Below, one piece after another: positions 11,252 to 20,920 of a stretch of DNA of 64,000 nt (position 1 is its first letter; the number at the start of each line of letters is the position of its first letter). The notes under the pieces were generated by a model that saw only the letters and a program-made list of their open reading frames with translations, was not told the origin of the DNA and ran no database searches. This stretch comes from Candidatus Krumholzibacteriia bacterium (GTDB taxonomy: Bacteria; Krumholzibacteriota; Krumholzibacteriia; LZORAL124-64-63), in assembly GCA_016744705.1 (NCBI GenBank), contig JADGDU010000004.1, positions 14,209-78,208 of the forward strand, read 5' to 3'. Made by a program: the position numbers and the translations under genes.

Positions 11252-11791
11252 CTACCTCTGCGAGATGGAGTTGAACTCCGCGAGACACCATTGCAAGTCC
11301 TGTTTCAAAAGCACCACTACCAGTTTGGAAACCTCAGGGAATTGCCTTTCCGGACGGAGGAATGTCCACTCGACCATCCCCTGTCCACGGCTTCCGTCGG
11401 GGGAATCGGGAAGCCTCCGGAATAAAAAATCCTGCGTTTCACAGCTTTGAAAAAGGTCCTGAAAATAATAGAAAGCCTGATCGGGACTGTAGGTGGTGAA
11501 ACGATCGTAGTCACCACCATGGGTCACTCGCAAACCGTCCCGATGCACCAGGGCGGCCATGGCTTTTTCATCACCCTCTTGCCAGGCCTTGGTCATTTGA
11601 ACAAAGACGGAGTCGGCCGAGACAGAAACCGAAGATGGGGCAATGTCAGGTTCGGCGGCAAGCAAAGAGCCCGCCCAGACGACCATGATGAGGCCGATTT
11701 TAAAAACTAAGCCAGCCAGACTGTTGTGAGAAAAGAACAATTTCAGCTCCTTCAATGGGTTCCCATGAGGCACGTCTTCTATTTTACCCAT
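11252..11791 (-). CDS. Exported hypothetical protein, DUF4783/NTF2-like (start uncertain)
   Basis: Hydrophobic signal then 'AWQEGDEKAMAAL...TYSPDQAFYYFQDLF', resembling DUF4783; co-oriented with neighbours. Confidence 0.55.
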   Translation of the reverse strand: MGKIEDVPHGNPLKELKLFFSHNSLAGLVFKIGLIMVVWAGSLLAAEPDIAPSSVSVSADSVFVQMTKAWQEGDEKAMAALVHRDGLRVTHGGDYDRFTTYSPDQAFYYFQDLFQSCETQDFLFRRLPDSPDGSRGQGMVEWTFLRPERQFPEVSKLVVVLLKQDLQWCLAEFNSISQR

Positions 11792-11838
11792 AATCGACTG
11801 GTTTTCGCCATGGAGAAGGCAATTATTTTTTAGAATGC

Positions 11839-11878
11839 AAAAAAAAAGCCCCTCCAGCGCTCAAAGCACCAGAGGGGC
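11839..11878 (-). terminator. Rho-independent terminator after secF
   Basis: Minus strand GCCCCTCTGGTGC-loop-GCGCTGGAGGGGC followed by T9. Confidence 0.8.
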
Positions 11879-11907
11879 CAATTCTCAAAACCGAAGCAAT
11901 CGGCTTC

Positions 11908-12834
11908 TTACATATCCATGGCCATGCGCTTCTTATCAGTAATTTTCCGCTCGGTCCACCAAACCAGAATAGGACTGGCGATGAACATCGAACTGTAAGT
12001 ACCAACCACCACACCAAAGGTCAGTGCGAAGGCGAAGTCGTGAATGACGGCGCCGCCAAACAGGAACAGACAGATGGCCACCGCAAAGGTGGTCAACGAT
12101 GTCAACACAGTACGGCTCAGGCACTCGTTGATGGAACGGTTGATGACCTGACTGTAGCTCTCCTTGCGGCGCAGCTTCATGTTCTCCCGGATACGATCGA
12201 AGACCACGATGGTATCATTCAGGGAGTAACCGATAATTGTCAGGAAGGCCGCAATGATCGACAGGCTGATCTCCAGGTCAAGCAAGGAGAAAATACCCAG
12301 CGTCAGTGTCACATCATGGACCAGAGCCAAAATGGCCGCGATACCATAACGGAACACAAAGCGAAAAGTGATATAAAGCACGATGAGAGCCAAGGCACCA
12401 AACACGGCGCTGGTGGCTCCCTTACGCAGCTCGTCACCAATTTTTGGACCGACGCTTTCTTCACGACGAAGCTCGACCGCATTATTGGGAAGACTTTCAC
12501 GCAGGTCATTCAATAAAACCTGAGCTGCATCCAAAGTTTGGGTGCCTTCTTCCACATTGGGGAAAGTGATGAGGAATTCATCGGCCGAGCCGAATTCCGT
12601 CACCTGGATACCATCGTATCCTTTTTCCGTCAAAGCACTGCGAATTTCTCCCACTGTAGGTGCGGGATCCATTATGACCTGAAGAACAGAGCCACCGGTG
12701 AAATCGATGCTCAACCGGGGTCCACCGTGAATACCCATCAGAACAAGGCAAACCACGAGGAGAACAGCAGAGAAGCTGAATGCCGGCTTCATTGCTCCCA
12801 CGAAGTTGATGTTTGGGTTCCTGAAGAATTCCAT
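11908..12834 (-). CDS. secF: Protein translocase subunit SecF
   Basis: SIDFTGG, VGPKIG, LVHDV, GYSLNDTIVVFDRIREN, GTYSSMFIA motifs. Confidence 0.98.
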   Translation of the reverse strand: MEFFRNPNINFVGAMKPAFSFSAVLLVVCLVLMGIHGGPRLSIDFTGGSVLQVIMDPAPTVGEIRSALTEKGYDGIQVTEFGSADEFLITFPNVEEGTQTLDAAQVLLNDLRESLPNNAVELRREESVGPKIGDELRKGATSAVFGALALIVLYITFRFVFRYGIAAILALVHDVTLTLGIFSLLDLEISLSIIAAFLTIIGYSLNDTIVVFDRIRENMKLRRKESYSQVINRSINECLSRTVLTSLTTFAVAICLFLFGGAVIHDFAFALTFGVVVGTYSSMFIASPILVWWTERKITDKKRMAMDM

Positions 12835-12921
12835 CTTCCTGTCCGACCTTTCCCGAATCTTTTTTGATTCGGATTCATGCCCCTGGGGGCGAAAAAATAT
12901 GCTCAGCCCGAAAAGCCGGGA

Positions 12922-14622
12922 CTAGATGCTCATTGTTTGTTTGCCCTTATTCCGCGTGGACATTTCCATGATGACGCGGGTCATGACCAGAGCCGTAAAC
13001 ATACTGGTGAGAATACCGATGCTCAGAGTGACAGCAAAACCCTTGATGGGGCCAGTGCCGAACATGAGCAGAATGCCACCGGCGATCAGAGTCGTCACGT
13101 TGGCATCGATGATGGTACGGGTCGCGTTCATATAACCAGACTGCACAGCAGCACGGATGGTTTTATCTTTCCGCAACTCTTCACGAATACGTTCGTTGAT
13201 CAGCACGTTCGCATCCACGGCCATACCCACCGTAAGAATAATACCGGCAATACCAGGCAGCGTAAGCACCAGCCCAAACTGAGCCAGCACGGCCATCAGA
13301 ATGATAATGTTGCTGACCAGAGCTATCACGGTGATGATGCCGCTCAGGCGGTAATAAAGAATCATGAACAGGACCACAAAGATGGATCCGTACATGGCTG
13401 CCGAAACACCCTTTTGGATGGAGTCGGAACCAAGGCTGGGGCCAACTGTGCGTTCTTCAACAATTCGCACATCGGCAGGCAAGGCACCGGCACGCAGCAG
13501 CAAGGCCAGATCGCTGGCTTCGTTGTTGCTGAACTGTCCCGTGATGACGCCTTGTCCTCCGGGAATGCGGCCTTGGATAGTAGGAGCACTGCTGATGCGG
13601 CCATCAAGACTGATGGCCAATTTGCGGCCCTGGTTGTCGCCGGTCATTTTGGCGAAACTGCGAGCACCGCGGCTATCAAGAGTGAAGCTCACCTGGAAAC
13701 GACCAATGTTCTCATTGTCGTTGGTGGCCAAAGCGCCTTCGAGACGGTCACCAGTCAGTGCAGGCACGCCGTCTACCAAGTAGAGAGCGCGGAAGGAAGT
13801 ACCTTCGCCTACATCCAGGGGTGCATCACCCATTTGGAATTCCACATCACGCAGGACGCGAGCGGTTCGGGCATCATCCAACATGGCCTGCATGCGGCCC
13901 ACATCCTTTTCGTCCAGGAAAAGTGTAGCACCTACGCCACCCAGACCGGGCTGGGCAATGAGGTAGCCACTGAAAGGATGTTCTGCCAGATAGAGTTCGT
14001 CGCTGACATCACTTTCTTCGTCGGGAGCAAGAGTTCCAAATGGATTCTCTTCGCCGGCGGCGGTGGTGTCGGCTAAAGCCACTTCCACATCAGAAGGCTC
14101 GGCTGCTTTGGCAGCAGCCACAACAGCTTCATCCAGGAAAGCTCTGTCCAGTTTTTCCAGCACTGCCTGCAATTCAGTATCAGGCCGCACCAACCGGAAT
14201 TCCAGACGGGCAGTTTTACCCAGCAGGTTTTTGGCGCGTTCGGGATCTTGCAGCCCCGGCAACTTGACCACAATGCGGCTGGCGCCGAAGGTGGTGATTT
14301 CAGGCTCGGAAACACCGAATTTATCAATACGGCGCACCAGGCTCTCCTTGACTCGTTGCAAAGCATCCTGTGCTTCGGCTGGAGTCATTTCAGACTGGTC
14401 AATTTCCAAGACAAGGTACATGCCGCCTTTGAGGTCAAGCCCCCGGCGAATGGCCTTGCTGTCGAGCTCTTCGATTTCGGCCAGTCGCACAGGATTATCC
14501 TGGGCAGCTGCACGCTCTTCCTTGGAAACGGAAAGGGCCTGGAAAGTGGGCCACAGTCCGATGAGGGAAACCAACAGGACGATAACACTCAATCCTGCCC
14601 TGATCTGCAGGGAACGATTCAT
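12922..14622 (-). CDS. secD: Protein translocase subunit SecD
   Basis: GLDLKGG, RIDKFGVSEP, LRAGALP, VGPSLG, GMAVDANVLINERIREE. Start placed at ATG 14622 (SD AGGAG upstream) rather than 14697. Confidence 0.97.
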   Translation of the reverse strand: MNRSLQIRAGLSVIVLLVSLIGLWPTFQALSVSKEERAAAQDNPVRLAEIEELDSKAIRRGLDLKGGMYLVLEIDQSEMTPAEAQDALQRVKESLVRRIDKFGVSEPEITTFGASRIVVKLPGLQDPERAKNLLGKTARLEFRLVRPDTELQAVLEKLDRAFLDEAVVAAAKAAEPSDVEVALADTTAAGEENPFGTLAPDEESDVSDELYLAEHPFSGYLIAQPGLGGVGATLFLDEKDVGRMQAMLDDARTARVLRDVEFQMGDAPLDVGEGTSFRALYLVDGVPALTGDRLEGALATNDNENIGRFQVSFTLDSRGARSFAKMTGDNQGRKLAISLDGRISSAPTIQGRIPGGQGVITGQFSNNEASDLALLLRAGALPADVRIVEERTVGPSLGSDSIQKGVSAAMYGSIFVVLFMILYYRLSGIITVIALVSNIIILMAVLAQFGLVLTLPGIAGIILTVGMAVDANVLINERIREELRKDKTIRAAVQSGYMNATRTIIDANVTTLIAGGILLMFGTGPIKGFAVTLSIGILTSMFTALVMTRVIMEMSTRNKGKQTMSI

Positions 14623-14865
14623 TTTTTCACTCCTGGATAGCCTGATCTCCGATAGGAACCTGAGCCCCAACCGGGTCAATTGAACAAAAAAAAGCACGCC
14701 TTTAGACTGGTCCCGGCAGGGAATAATGCTTCAAGGCGCACAAAAAAGACTCGCCCTGCCGATTTCATAGGGTCACGAAGGCGCAAAGCCCTCCGAATTA
14801 ACCGCAGAGTATCATAACACATAGCAGTGCACTTGGCTAGAAATTGCCCACTTTGGGTGGATATT

Positions 14866-15951
14866 TCAAATCAAATTCACCAAATCGTATGCCCGGCGCC
14901 CCATTCCCAGGGTGGCCGCTCGTTCCATCAGAGGCGTCGGCTCCTGCATAAACCCGCTCCACTGCCGCAATCCGTGCACGGCCCCTTGGACGAGAAGGTC
15001 CCAAGTGGCCTGATCCAGAGCCAGCGGATCCGCAGAAAGCAAAGCCCCAAAATGGCCTTTTAAAAAACGATCCCGTCCCGAAGCTCCCCCAGCCTGTCGG
15101 GGTAAGGGAGTCAAAAAGTTAACATGCAAAATTCGTCCGGCCCTCCCCGCACGGCTATCGGTGGCCACGGCAGAAGCCGCTTCGGCCGTCATCTTCTGAT
15201 AACGGGGAATGCTCATGCCGTTTTCGGGTCCAATGCCAGCCAAATGACAGGCGCTCATGCACTCGCCACAACCCGTGCAAATTTTGTGATCAATCATAGC
15301 CCGACCACTGCGGATACCAATGGCGTCGTAAATGCACGAAGCCAGGCAGGAACCGCATCCAGCGCATAACGGGGTGTCCACCGTGGGTTTCACATTTCGG
15401 TGAAGAGACAACTTGGTGGTTCGGTCCAAAACTCCTTGGCCGAGGCCTATCATAGCCCCGCCCAGGCCTGCAAAAGGATGAGGGTGGACCGCGTTCAGCA
15501 ACAGCAGGCCCTCGGCTTTGGCAGCCACGGCCGACAATCCCACCGAGGGCATGGAAAATTCTTCTTTCAAACTCAGGGAAAGCCCCGCTGGTCCGGCCGG
15601 GTCATCTCCCACCAAGAATTCTTGCAAACCCAGTTTCTCTGCCCGCAGCCTCAGCCCTTCCGGCGTATCCAGGCCTCCCGTGGTGATAGACAACGTTTCA
15701 AAAAAGGGACCGGTTTCGAGCCCGGCATCCTGAATACCGGCCCGCGCCGAATTCATCAATTCGGCCGAGAGGGGGATATGAGCTCCCAGAGCACCGAAAG
15801 GAACCTTTATAGCCCATGGATCTGAAGAGTCTGATGCCAACCCTTCCGCCATTTTCACCAGGGCTTGGCGAAGTTGAGCCTGAAAATCAGGGCCAAAGCC
15901 TTCGGCCACTGTGGGGCAATATAAAACAAGACTTTTCATTTGATCGCTCAC
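14866..15951 (-). CDS. DUF362 family protein with 2x[4Fe-4S] ferredoxin domain
   Basis: CAGCGSCLASC and CTGCGECMSAC motifs, C-terminal SADPLALDQA; GTGA overlap with upstream gene. Confidence 0.8.
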   Translation of the reverse strand: MSDQMKSLVLYCPTVAEGFGPDFQAQLRQALVKMAEGLASDSSDPWAIKVPFGALGAHIPLSAELMNSARAGIQDAGLETGPFFETLSITTGGLDTPEGLRLRAEKLGLQEFLVGDDPAGPAGLSLSLKEEFSMPSVGLSAVAAKAEGLLLLNAVHPHPFAGLGGAMIGLGQGVLDRTTKLSLHRNVKPTVDTPLCAGCGSCLASCIYDAIGIRSGRAMIDHKICTGCGECMSACHLAGIGPENGMSIPRYQKMTAEAASAVATDSRAGRAGRILHVNFLTPLPRQAGGASGRDRFLKGHFGALLSADPLALDQATWDLLVQGAVHGLRQWSGFMQEPTPLMERAATLGMGRRAYDLVNLI

Positions 15952-17426
15952 TGGACTCCTGCCGTTTCCACATCATTTTCCAAGGCTATCATTTCCGAAA
16001 CTGTCACAAACCGGACCCCCAGCTTTTGCAGTCGGGGAATTTCCCGGGCCAGAACCTTCCAGGTGGCCACATGGGGGTGGCCGATTCCCATGGCAAATCC
16101 CTTTTTCCGGGCGGTGCGCACCAGAACTTCCAAATTAGCCGCAATGGTCACTTCGTTTTCGCTGTCGTAATCCAGAAAAATCCGGTTACGCAGGCCGGGC
16201 ACTCCCGCGGCCAAAGCTTCCCCATGACCCGCAGACCGGGAACTGGTAAGACTGTCCACAAAGAAGAGGTCTCGCTGCTTCAAAATATCCATGAGAATGG
16301 CCATGGTGGGCTGATCGCTGGTGGCTGCACTACCCATGTGGTTATTCAGGCCCCTGACGTCCGGCAAATTTTTCAAGGCCACATCCAGAATACTGGAAAT
16401 CTCCTGCTTGTTCATACCCACCAAAAGAGCATTGGCCCCCGGATTAGTATCTGGGTAGCCCTGGGGCTCCATGGGTAAATGCAGAATGGCTTCTCTGCGT
16501 TTTTCGGGCATGGCCATCACTTTGGTTTTACCCAGGCGCAGCTCCACAAAACAGCCCGCTTCAAGACGTTGGGATCTGCCAGCCGAATTTTGGGAAAGGG
16601 CAGCAGTCTGCTCGGCCCGGGGCAAAATCAACTCGGTTCCTTCCAGATAATACTGTCGGGAGTATGGCAAATTTGGCAGGATGGCCATGGTCAAGGGTGC
16701 GGGCAGCCGCAGCATTCCCCTGGTGGCCTCGTTTCGGGAGTTTCCCCAATCATCAATGACCAAAGCCACCACTGGGCCGTTGGATTGTTCCTGGAGAAGA
16801 TTCCAAGCGGTCGGCCCAGCTTGGTCGCCCCAGGTGAGGGGCGGTGTTTTTCCGGCTCGATGAAAGACCAGAGTGTGAGTGGGTTTGCCGCGGACACCGA
16901 GATCCATACGTAACAAATCTTTATCTTCATTGGCATGAAGTTGGTCGGCATCAGGAATGTCGGGATAAAGGCGCTGCGCCCAGAGAACCCTGGCTCCCAT
17001 GCCATGAAGTGCCTGCTCCAATTCCCATTGGATTTGGTCATAGGGGGCATCAGAATCCAAGGCCACCAGACGGCACCGCACCTCTGCAGTGGGCCCCAAG
17101 TCGGGAGCTGGCCAGTCGAGGCCGTTTTCGACCATACTCGCAGGCCCGGGTTGCATACGGGGAAACATCTGTACTAGAATTTCTTCCACGCCGCCCTGTA
17201 CATCCTGATAAGCCTGCTCGGACCCCAAAGAGAGCAAAGTGGCCTGACCTGAACCCGTTTCAGCCCATTTGAGCAAACCAATGCCACCAATCAGGAGCAC
17301 AATGGCCACCAGCAGAACCCAAGTCAGTGGCGTGACCTGCATCCCCTGAGACTTTTTACGGGTCTGGCGGGTTTTCTTCTTTCGGGGATTTTGGGGCTTG
17401 CCTCCCAGGCGACCAGGCAATTTCAC
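15948..17426 (-). CDS. Divergent polysaccharide deacetylase family protein (YibQ-like), N-terminally anchored
   Basis: ALVIDDWG, LHLPMEP, GLNNHMGS, FFVDSLT, RNRIFLD, IGHPH motifs; basic N-terminus followed by a TM helix. Confidence 0.9.
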   Translation of the reverse strand: MKLPGRLGGKPQNPRKKKTRQTRKKSQGMQVTPLTWVLLVAIVLLIGGIGLLKWAETGSGQATLLSLGSEQAYQDVQGGVEEILVQMFPRMQPGPASMVENGLDWPAPDLGPTAEVRCRLVALDSDAPYDQIQWELEQALHGMGARVLWAQRLYPDIPDADQLHANEDKDLLRMDLGVRGKPTHTLVFHRAGKTPPLTWGDQAGPTAWNLLQEQSNGPVVALVIDDWGNSRNEATRGMLRLPAPLTMAILPNLPYSRQYYLEGTELILPRAEQTAALSQNSAGRSQRLEAGCFVELRLGKTKVMAMPEKRREAILHLPMEPQGYPDTNPGANALLVGMNKQEISSILDVALKNLPDVRGLNNHMGSAATSDQPTMAILMDILKQRDLFFVDSLTSSRSAGHGEALAAGVPGLRNRIFLDYDSENEVTIAANLEVLVRTARKKGFAMGIGHPHVATWKVLAREIPRLQKLGVRFVTVSEMIALENDVETAGVQ

Positions 17427-17456
17427 GTGTGGGCTCTCCAGCTGTCAGGGATGATT

Positions 17457-17489
17457 GAAAAAGAGGGAGTCCATCCAGGACTCCCTCTC
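17457..17489 (-). terminator. Rho-independent terminator after lipoprotein gene
   Basis: Inverted repeat AGAGGGAGTCC/GGACTCCCTCT (about 17462-17489), with a T-run on the minus strand. Confidence 0.7.
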
Positions 17490-17549
17490 CATATTATTGT
17501 CTCTCTCCCCATGTCACAAGGGAGGAATTTTCGAAACTGTGAAGAGCTT

Positions 17550-18158
17550 TTAAATGCTGCTTCCCCGTTGGCCCAACATGTACCACAGGTCATCGCCGCC
17601 CTGGACCACAAAGAAGTCCACGTTTTGCTCCACCTTGAAGCGGCTGCCATCTGGCTTATTAAAGTACATCAGCAGGGTGTAGCGGGCAAACCAGGCATCC
17701 CGGCCCCCGAAATACTCTTCAGATTGTTCCACGGTCTCCCAAGCGCCCACTTTATCCATTACTTCAACGTTGATGGAATCGATGGGCGGAATGGTCAAAC
17801 CAGCTTCATTCACACCAAACAGGCCTTCAAAAATATTCCGGTGAATCTGAACTTCAGAATCATGATCGAAATACAATTCCTGCAGAGGAGTATCACTGTC
17901 AGCCCAATCATCAAATGTAGATTGCAACAGAACGGTGCGATAATCCGGATGCAGCATAGCCTCGTATTCAGCCGAATCCATATCCTCGTAGATAAGTCTG
18001 AAGTTGGAAATCAGAATATCCTTAGTGGTATTATCTTCAAGACCAACGGGATCTGGTGGATCAATATCTTCGGAATCATCCGGTGAAAAAAGGCAACCGG
18101 TGGTGCCCACAAGCAGAGTCAGAATAGCGAACAAGAGCAACAGATTTTTTAGTTTCAT
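17550..18158 (-). CDS. Acidic lipoprotein (NTF2-like fold suspected)
   Basis: Lipobox TTGC followed by LFSP; SD GGAGG; similar to the adjacent gene. Confidence 0.75.
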   Translation of the reverse strand: MKLKNLLLLFAILTLLVGTTGCLFSPDDSEDIDPPDPVGLEDNTTKDILISNFRLIYEDMDSAEYEAMLHPDYRTVLLQSTFDDWADSDTPLQELYFDHDSEVQIHRNIFEGLFGVNEAGLTIPPIDSINVEVMDKVGAWETVEQSEEYFGGRDAWFARYTLLMYFNKPDGSRFKVEQNVDFFVVQGGDDLWYMLGQRGSSI

Positions 18159-18279
18159 TGCTTTACCTCCCGAAAAACAGTTGATAACCCCAGGTCAGAT
18201 TATGTTACAGACCCCATCTAACCCCGGATTCCAGCATTGGTTCCAAATTATTCATGCCTGATTTTAACATATCCTATGA

Positions 18280-18879
18280 TTAATTGCTACCAAATGTTCC
18301 TCGCAGCACCCCCATGGTGGGTAAAGTGTTACTGTTATCAGGGTCACTTTCCCCGATCAAGTCTTCCCAGCTATAAACATACCAAAAGTTTCCCTCAAAA
18401 CGAAAGGTAATTTTAGCAGTGGCCCTATATCGCGTTTCAGAACCATCGCTGGCATTGGTCACCCGCAGGTAATAAATCACATCTTCCCACACAACTTCTG
18501 TTCCAACAGGGTCGGGAACAATAAAATCCTCGTCCCTCATTTCGGACAGATTGCTCACCCCGGAAGAATAAAAGTTCGTGATAAAACTCATTTCCTTGGC
18601 CAGGTCCCAGCCTACAAAGACTCCGGGAAACTGCAATTCGGCCTCTGAATCGGGAAGGTAGGTAAAATCTACGTGCAGGTTTTCTTCCCACCCAAAGCTA
18701 TCGTTATAGTTTAACGACAATTGCAGGTTTTCCCATACTTTTTTGGGATCGGTGCGTGGCAGGTATGGAATGGGCTCTCCGGTGGGAGGTTCGGCATCCC
18801 TGGGCTCAAAGAGGCAACCGCTAAAAAACATTAGCGCAGTCAAAATCATCATGGGCCAGGCAAAACGTATTTTCATCAC
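18280..18879 (-). CDS. Acidic lipoprotein, paralog of 17550-18158
   Basis: Lipobox FSGC followed by LFEP; shared N..xxL(H)xD(F/Y) pattern and C-terminal W-Y strand. Confidence 0.75.
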   Translation of the reverse strand: MMKIRFAWPMMILTALMFFSGCLFEPRDAEPPTGEPIPYLPRTDPKKVWENLQLSLNYNDSFGWEENLHVDFTYLPDSEAELQFPGVFVGWDLAKEMSFITNFYSSGVSNLSEMRDEDFIVPDPVGTEVVWEDVIYYLRVTNASDGSETRYRATAKITFRFEGNFWYVYSWEDLIGESDPDNSNTLPTMGVLRGTFGSN

Positions 18880-18880
18880 C

Positions 18881-20920
18881 CTAGAACTCCCATTTCAGCC
18901 AAATATCAGATTCCCAGTAGTCAGCACTGGCTTCTGAAATACTGGGCCCGTAAGCATTGTGTTTTTTAACCATAGCCGACAAGGTGATGGGATTTTCAAC
19001 ACCCCAGGTGCGGTTCACCCGGGTGCCTACCCATATTTTGCCTTCCAGACGGTCGGTCACTTGGTCCTGGGTGCTGATGATGGTCTTCTCATCTTTGGTG
19101 CTGTAGGTGGCCCCTTCCAGGGTCACGCCATTGGCCACTCTAAACACAAACGACAAATCGATTTTGTTGATTTTCTGGCGCTGGCTCACAAAATACTGAT
19201 TGCTTCCGGTGCTGCCCTCATTGGTTTTGTCTGCATTAAAACGCTTGTTGTAATCATGTTTTACATTGATATCCAGGCGTTCGCTCGCTTTAATTTTGAT
19301 ATTGGAGGTCAAATTGCCCCGTTTGTTGTAATTGTCCACGCGGGTGGAATTCTCCAAGGCGGAATACACATAATCAATGTACTGGATATAGATACGATAA
19401 CTCTGGCTGAATGTCAGCCAATCGGCCAAGGGCCAACTGTATCCAGGGGCAATTTCATAACTGTCTTTGATGTTATTATTGGCCGATTTGTTCGAGTTCA
19501 GGGCCAGAGATTGGTCGTCTTTGAAGGCAAATATCATGGTAGCCTGGAATTTATTGGCCCAACTGCGCTCCACCCTCAGGGAATAATCGTACCGCAGGTT
19601 ATCCTTGTCATTGCTCACGTAGCCATTTTCCGCGGTGTCCTGGCTGATACCTGTGCCCCAGCGCATGGTCATTCTGGTGGCTTCAAAAAGGGTCCGGCTC
19701 CAATATAAACTGAGGGCTCTTTCCTTACGGTATTGCTTGCCTCGGCTAATGGTGGAACCTTTGGTCTGCTGGTCATCCCATTTCCATTTGTATTCGTAAC
19801 CGGCGTAGAAAGAATCTCGTCCGGCAGCAAAACTGAGAGCAAAATCGGCGGTCTGCTCAAGTTTTTCCTTATAACCCACCCGGCTGACGGCAAAATCAGA
19901 TTCATTCATTTTGTGACTCAGAGTGGTCTCAAGATTGACGCCCATCACACGGGTCATGTTAAGAAGATCAATGGTAAGAGCGTCTTTGATTTCCATTTCA
20001 TCGACGACATTTTCCATGCCCGCCCCTGCAATGGTATCGATCTGGCCCAGATCGTCGCGCTTGTAATCCAGGAACTCCCGATCAAAGTTGCCCCGGGTCA
20101 AGGCCACACGCCCTTTGGCGAAGTTGCGATCATAATAAACGCCCACACCCAGAGAGTCTGCCTGGGATGCTGAAGGTGCTGTCAGGTCACCCAAAGAACG
20201 GTCACCACCAGTGGTGCGCCCAAATAACCGACCCGCCACCGAGATGCCATCGACAACCTCGGTCCCCACCTGCAAGCCACCGTCCAGATAGCTCTCACTG
20301 ATGTCGTTGCGCTGGTCCTGGCTCACGGCTTGCTGGTCATTGCTACCAGCCGAGGATTTGAGAGTAAAATTGAAATCGCCGAGTATGAGCTTGGGCTTGG
20401 AAAGCATCAATCCACCGGTTTTGTAGTCACGCTTGGAAACGTTTTCGTGGCCACTGGAGTTGGTGGTCAAATCTTCACTCCAGGTGCGACTGCCCTGCAA
20501 GGTAGCCATAAAGGGCAACATCAACCCGGAGCTGAAACTGGAGCTGGCATTGCGCTTCTCCGAAGTCTTGATCTGCTGGCGAAAATCTGTCCAGGAAAAG
20601 CCAACTTTGTTGGTCATGGCGGCAGAATTCTTTATTCCGATGGTATTGAGAAAATCACCGTAATACATGGTGCTGGTGACATTCGTCCTGATACCCGCTT
20701 TGGGTGTGTTCTCAAATTTGGAAAAGAAGGAGTCCGTGTCCTCGCCCTCGGCGGGCACGGCCATTTGAGATGCCTTCCCGGCATAAGTGGTATCACCTTC
20801 AGCAACGGACAGGGTATCGCCAGGAGCCGCCCCTCTCTCCTGAGCACAAGCCACCGACGCCCCCAGCAAGAGAACCAGGACAGACAAGAGAATGAATAAA
20901 TTTAGATGGGACCGAATCAG
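18881..20920 (-). CDS. Putative outer-membrane beta-barrel protein (about 680 aa); start probably CTG at 20920 (ORF track gives TTG 20887)
   Basis: Signal peptide, many amphipathic beta strands, terminal SDIWLKWEF (C-terminal Phe beta-signal). Confidence 0.7.
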   Translation of the reverse strand: MIRSHLNLFILLSVLVLLLGASVACAQERGAAPGDTLSVAEGDTTYAGKASQMAVPAEGEDTDSFFSKFENTPKAGIRTNVTSTMYYGDFLNTIGIKNSAAMTNKVGFSWTDFRQQIKTSEKRNASSSFSSGLMLPFMATLQGSRTWSEDLTTNSSGHENVSKRDYKTGGLMLSKPKLILGDFNFTLKSSAGSNDQQAVSQDQRNDISESYLDGGLQVGTEVVDGISVAGRLFGRTTGGDRSLGDLTAPSASQADSLGVGVYYDRNFAKGRVALTRGNFDREFLDYKRDDLGQIDTIAGAGMENVVDEMEIKDALTIDLLNMTRVMGVNLETTLSHKMNESDFAVSRVGYKEKLEQTADFALSFAAGRDSFYAGYEYKWKWDDQQTKGSTISRGKQYRKERALSLYWSRTLFEATRMTMRWGTGISQDTAENGYVSNDKDNLRYDYSLRVERSWANKFQATMIFAFKDDQSLALNSNKSANNNIKDSYEIAPGYSWPLADWLTFSQSYRIYIQYIDYVYSALENSTRVDNYNKRGNLTSNIKIKASERLDINVKHDYNKRFNADKTNEGSTGSNQYFVSQRQKINKIDLSFVFRVANGVTLEGATYSTKDEKTIISTQDQVTDRLEGKIWVGTRVNRTWGVENPITLSAMVKKHNAYGPSISEASADYWESDIWLKWEF

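Noticed and set aside
12877-14076. 399-aa plus-strand ORF
   Set aside because: Lies opposite secD, which is unambiguous; typical antisense open frame.
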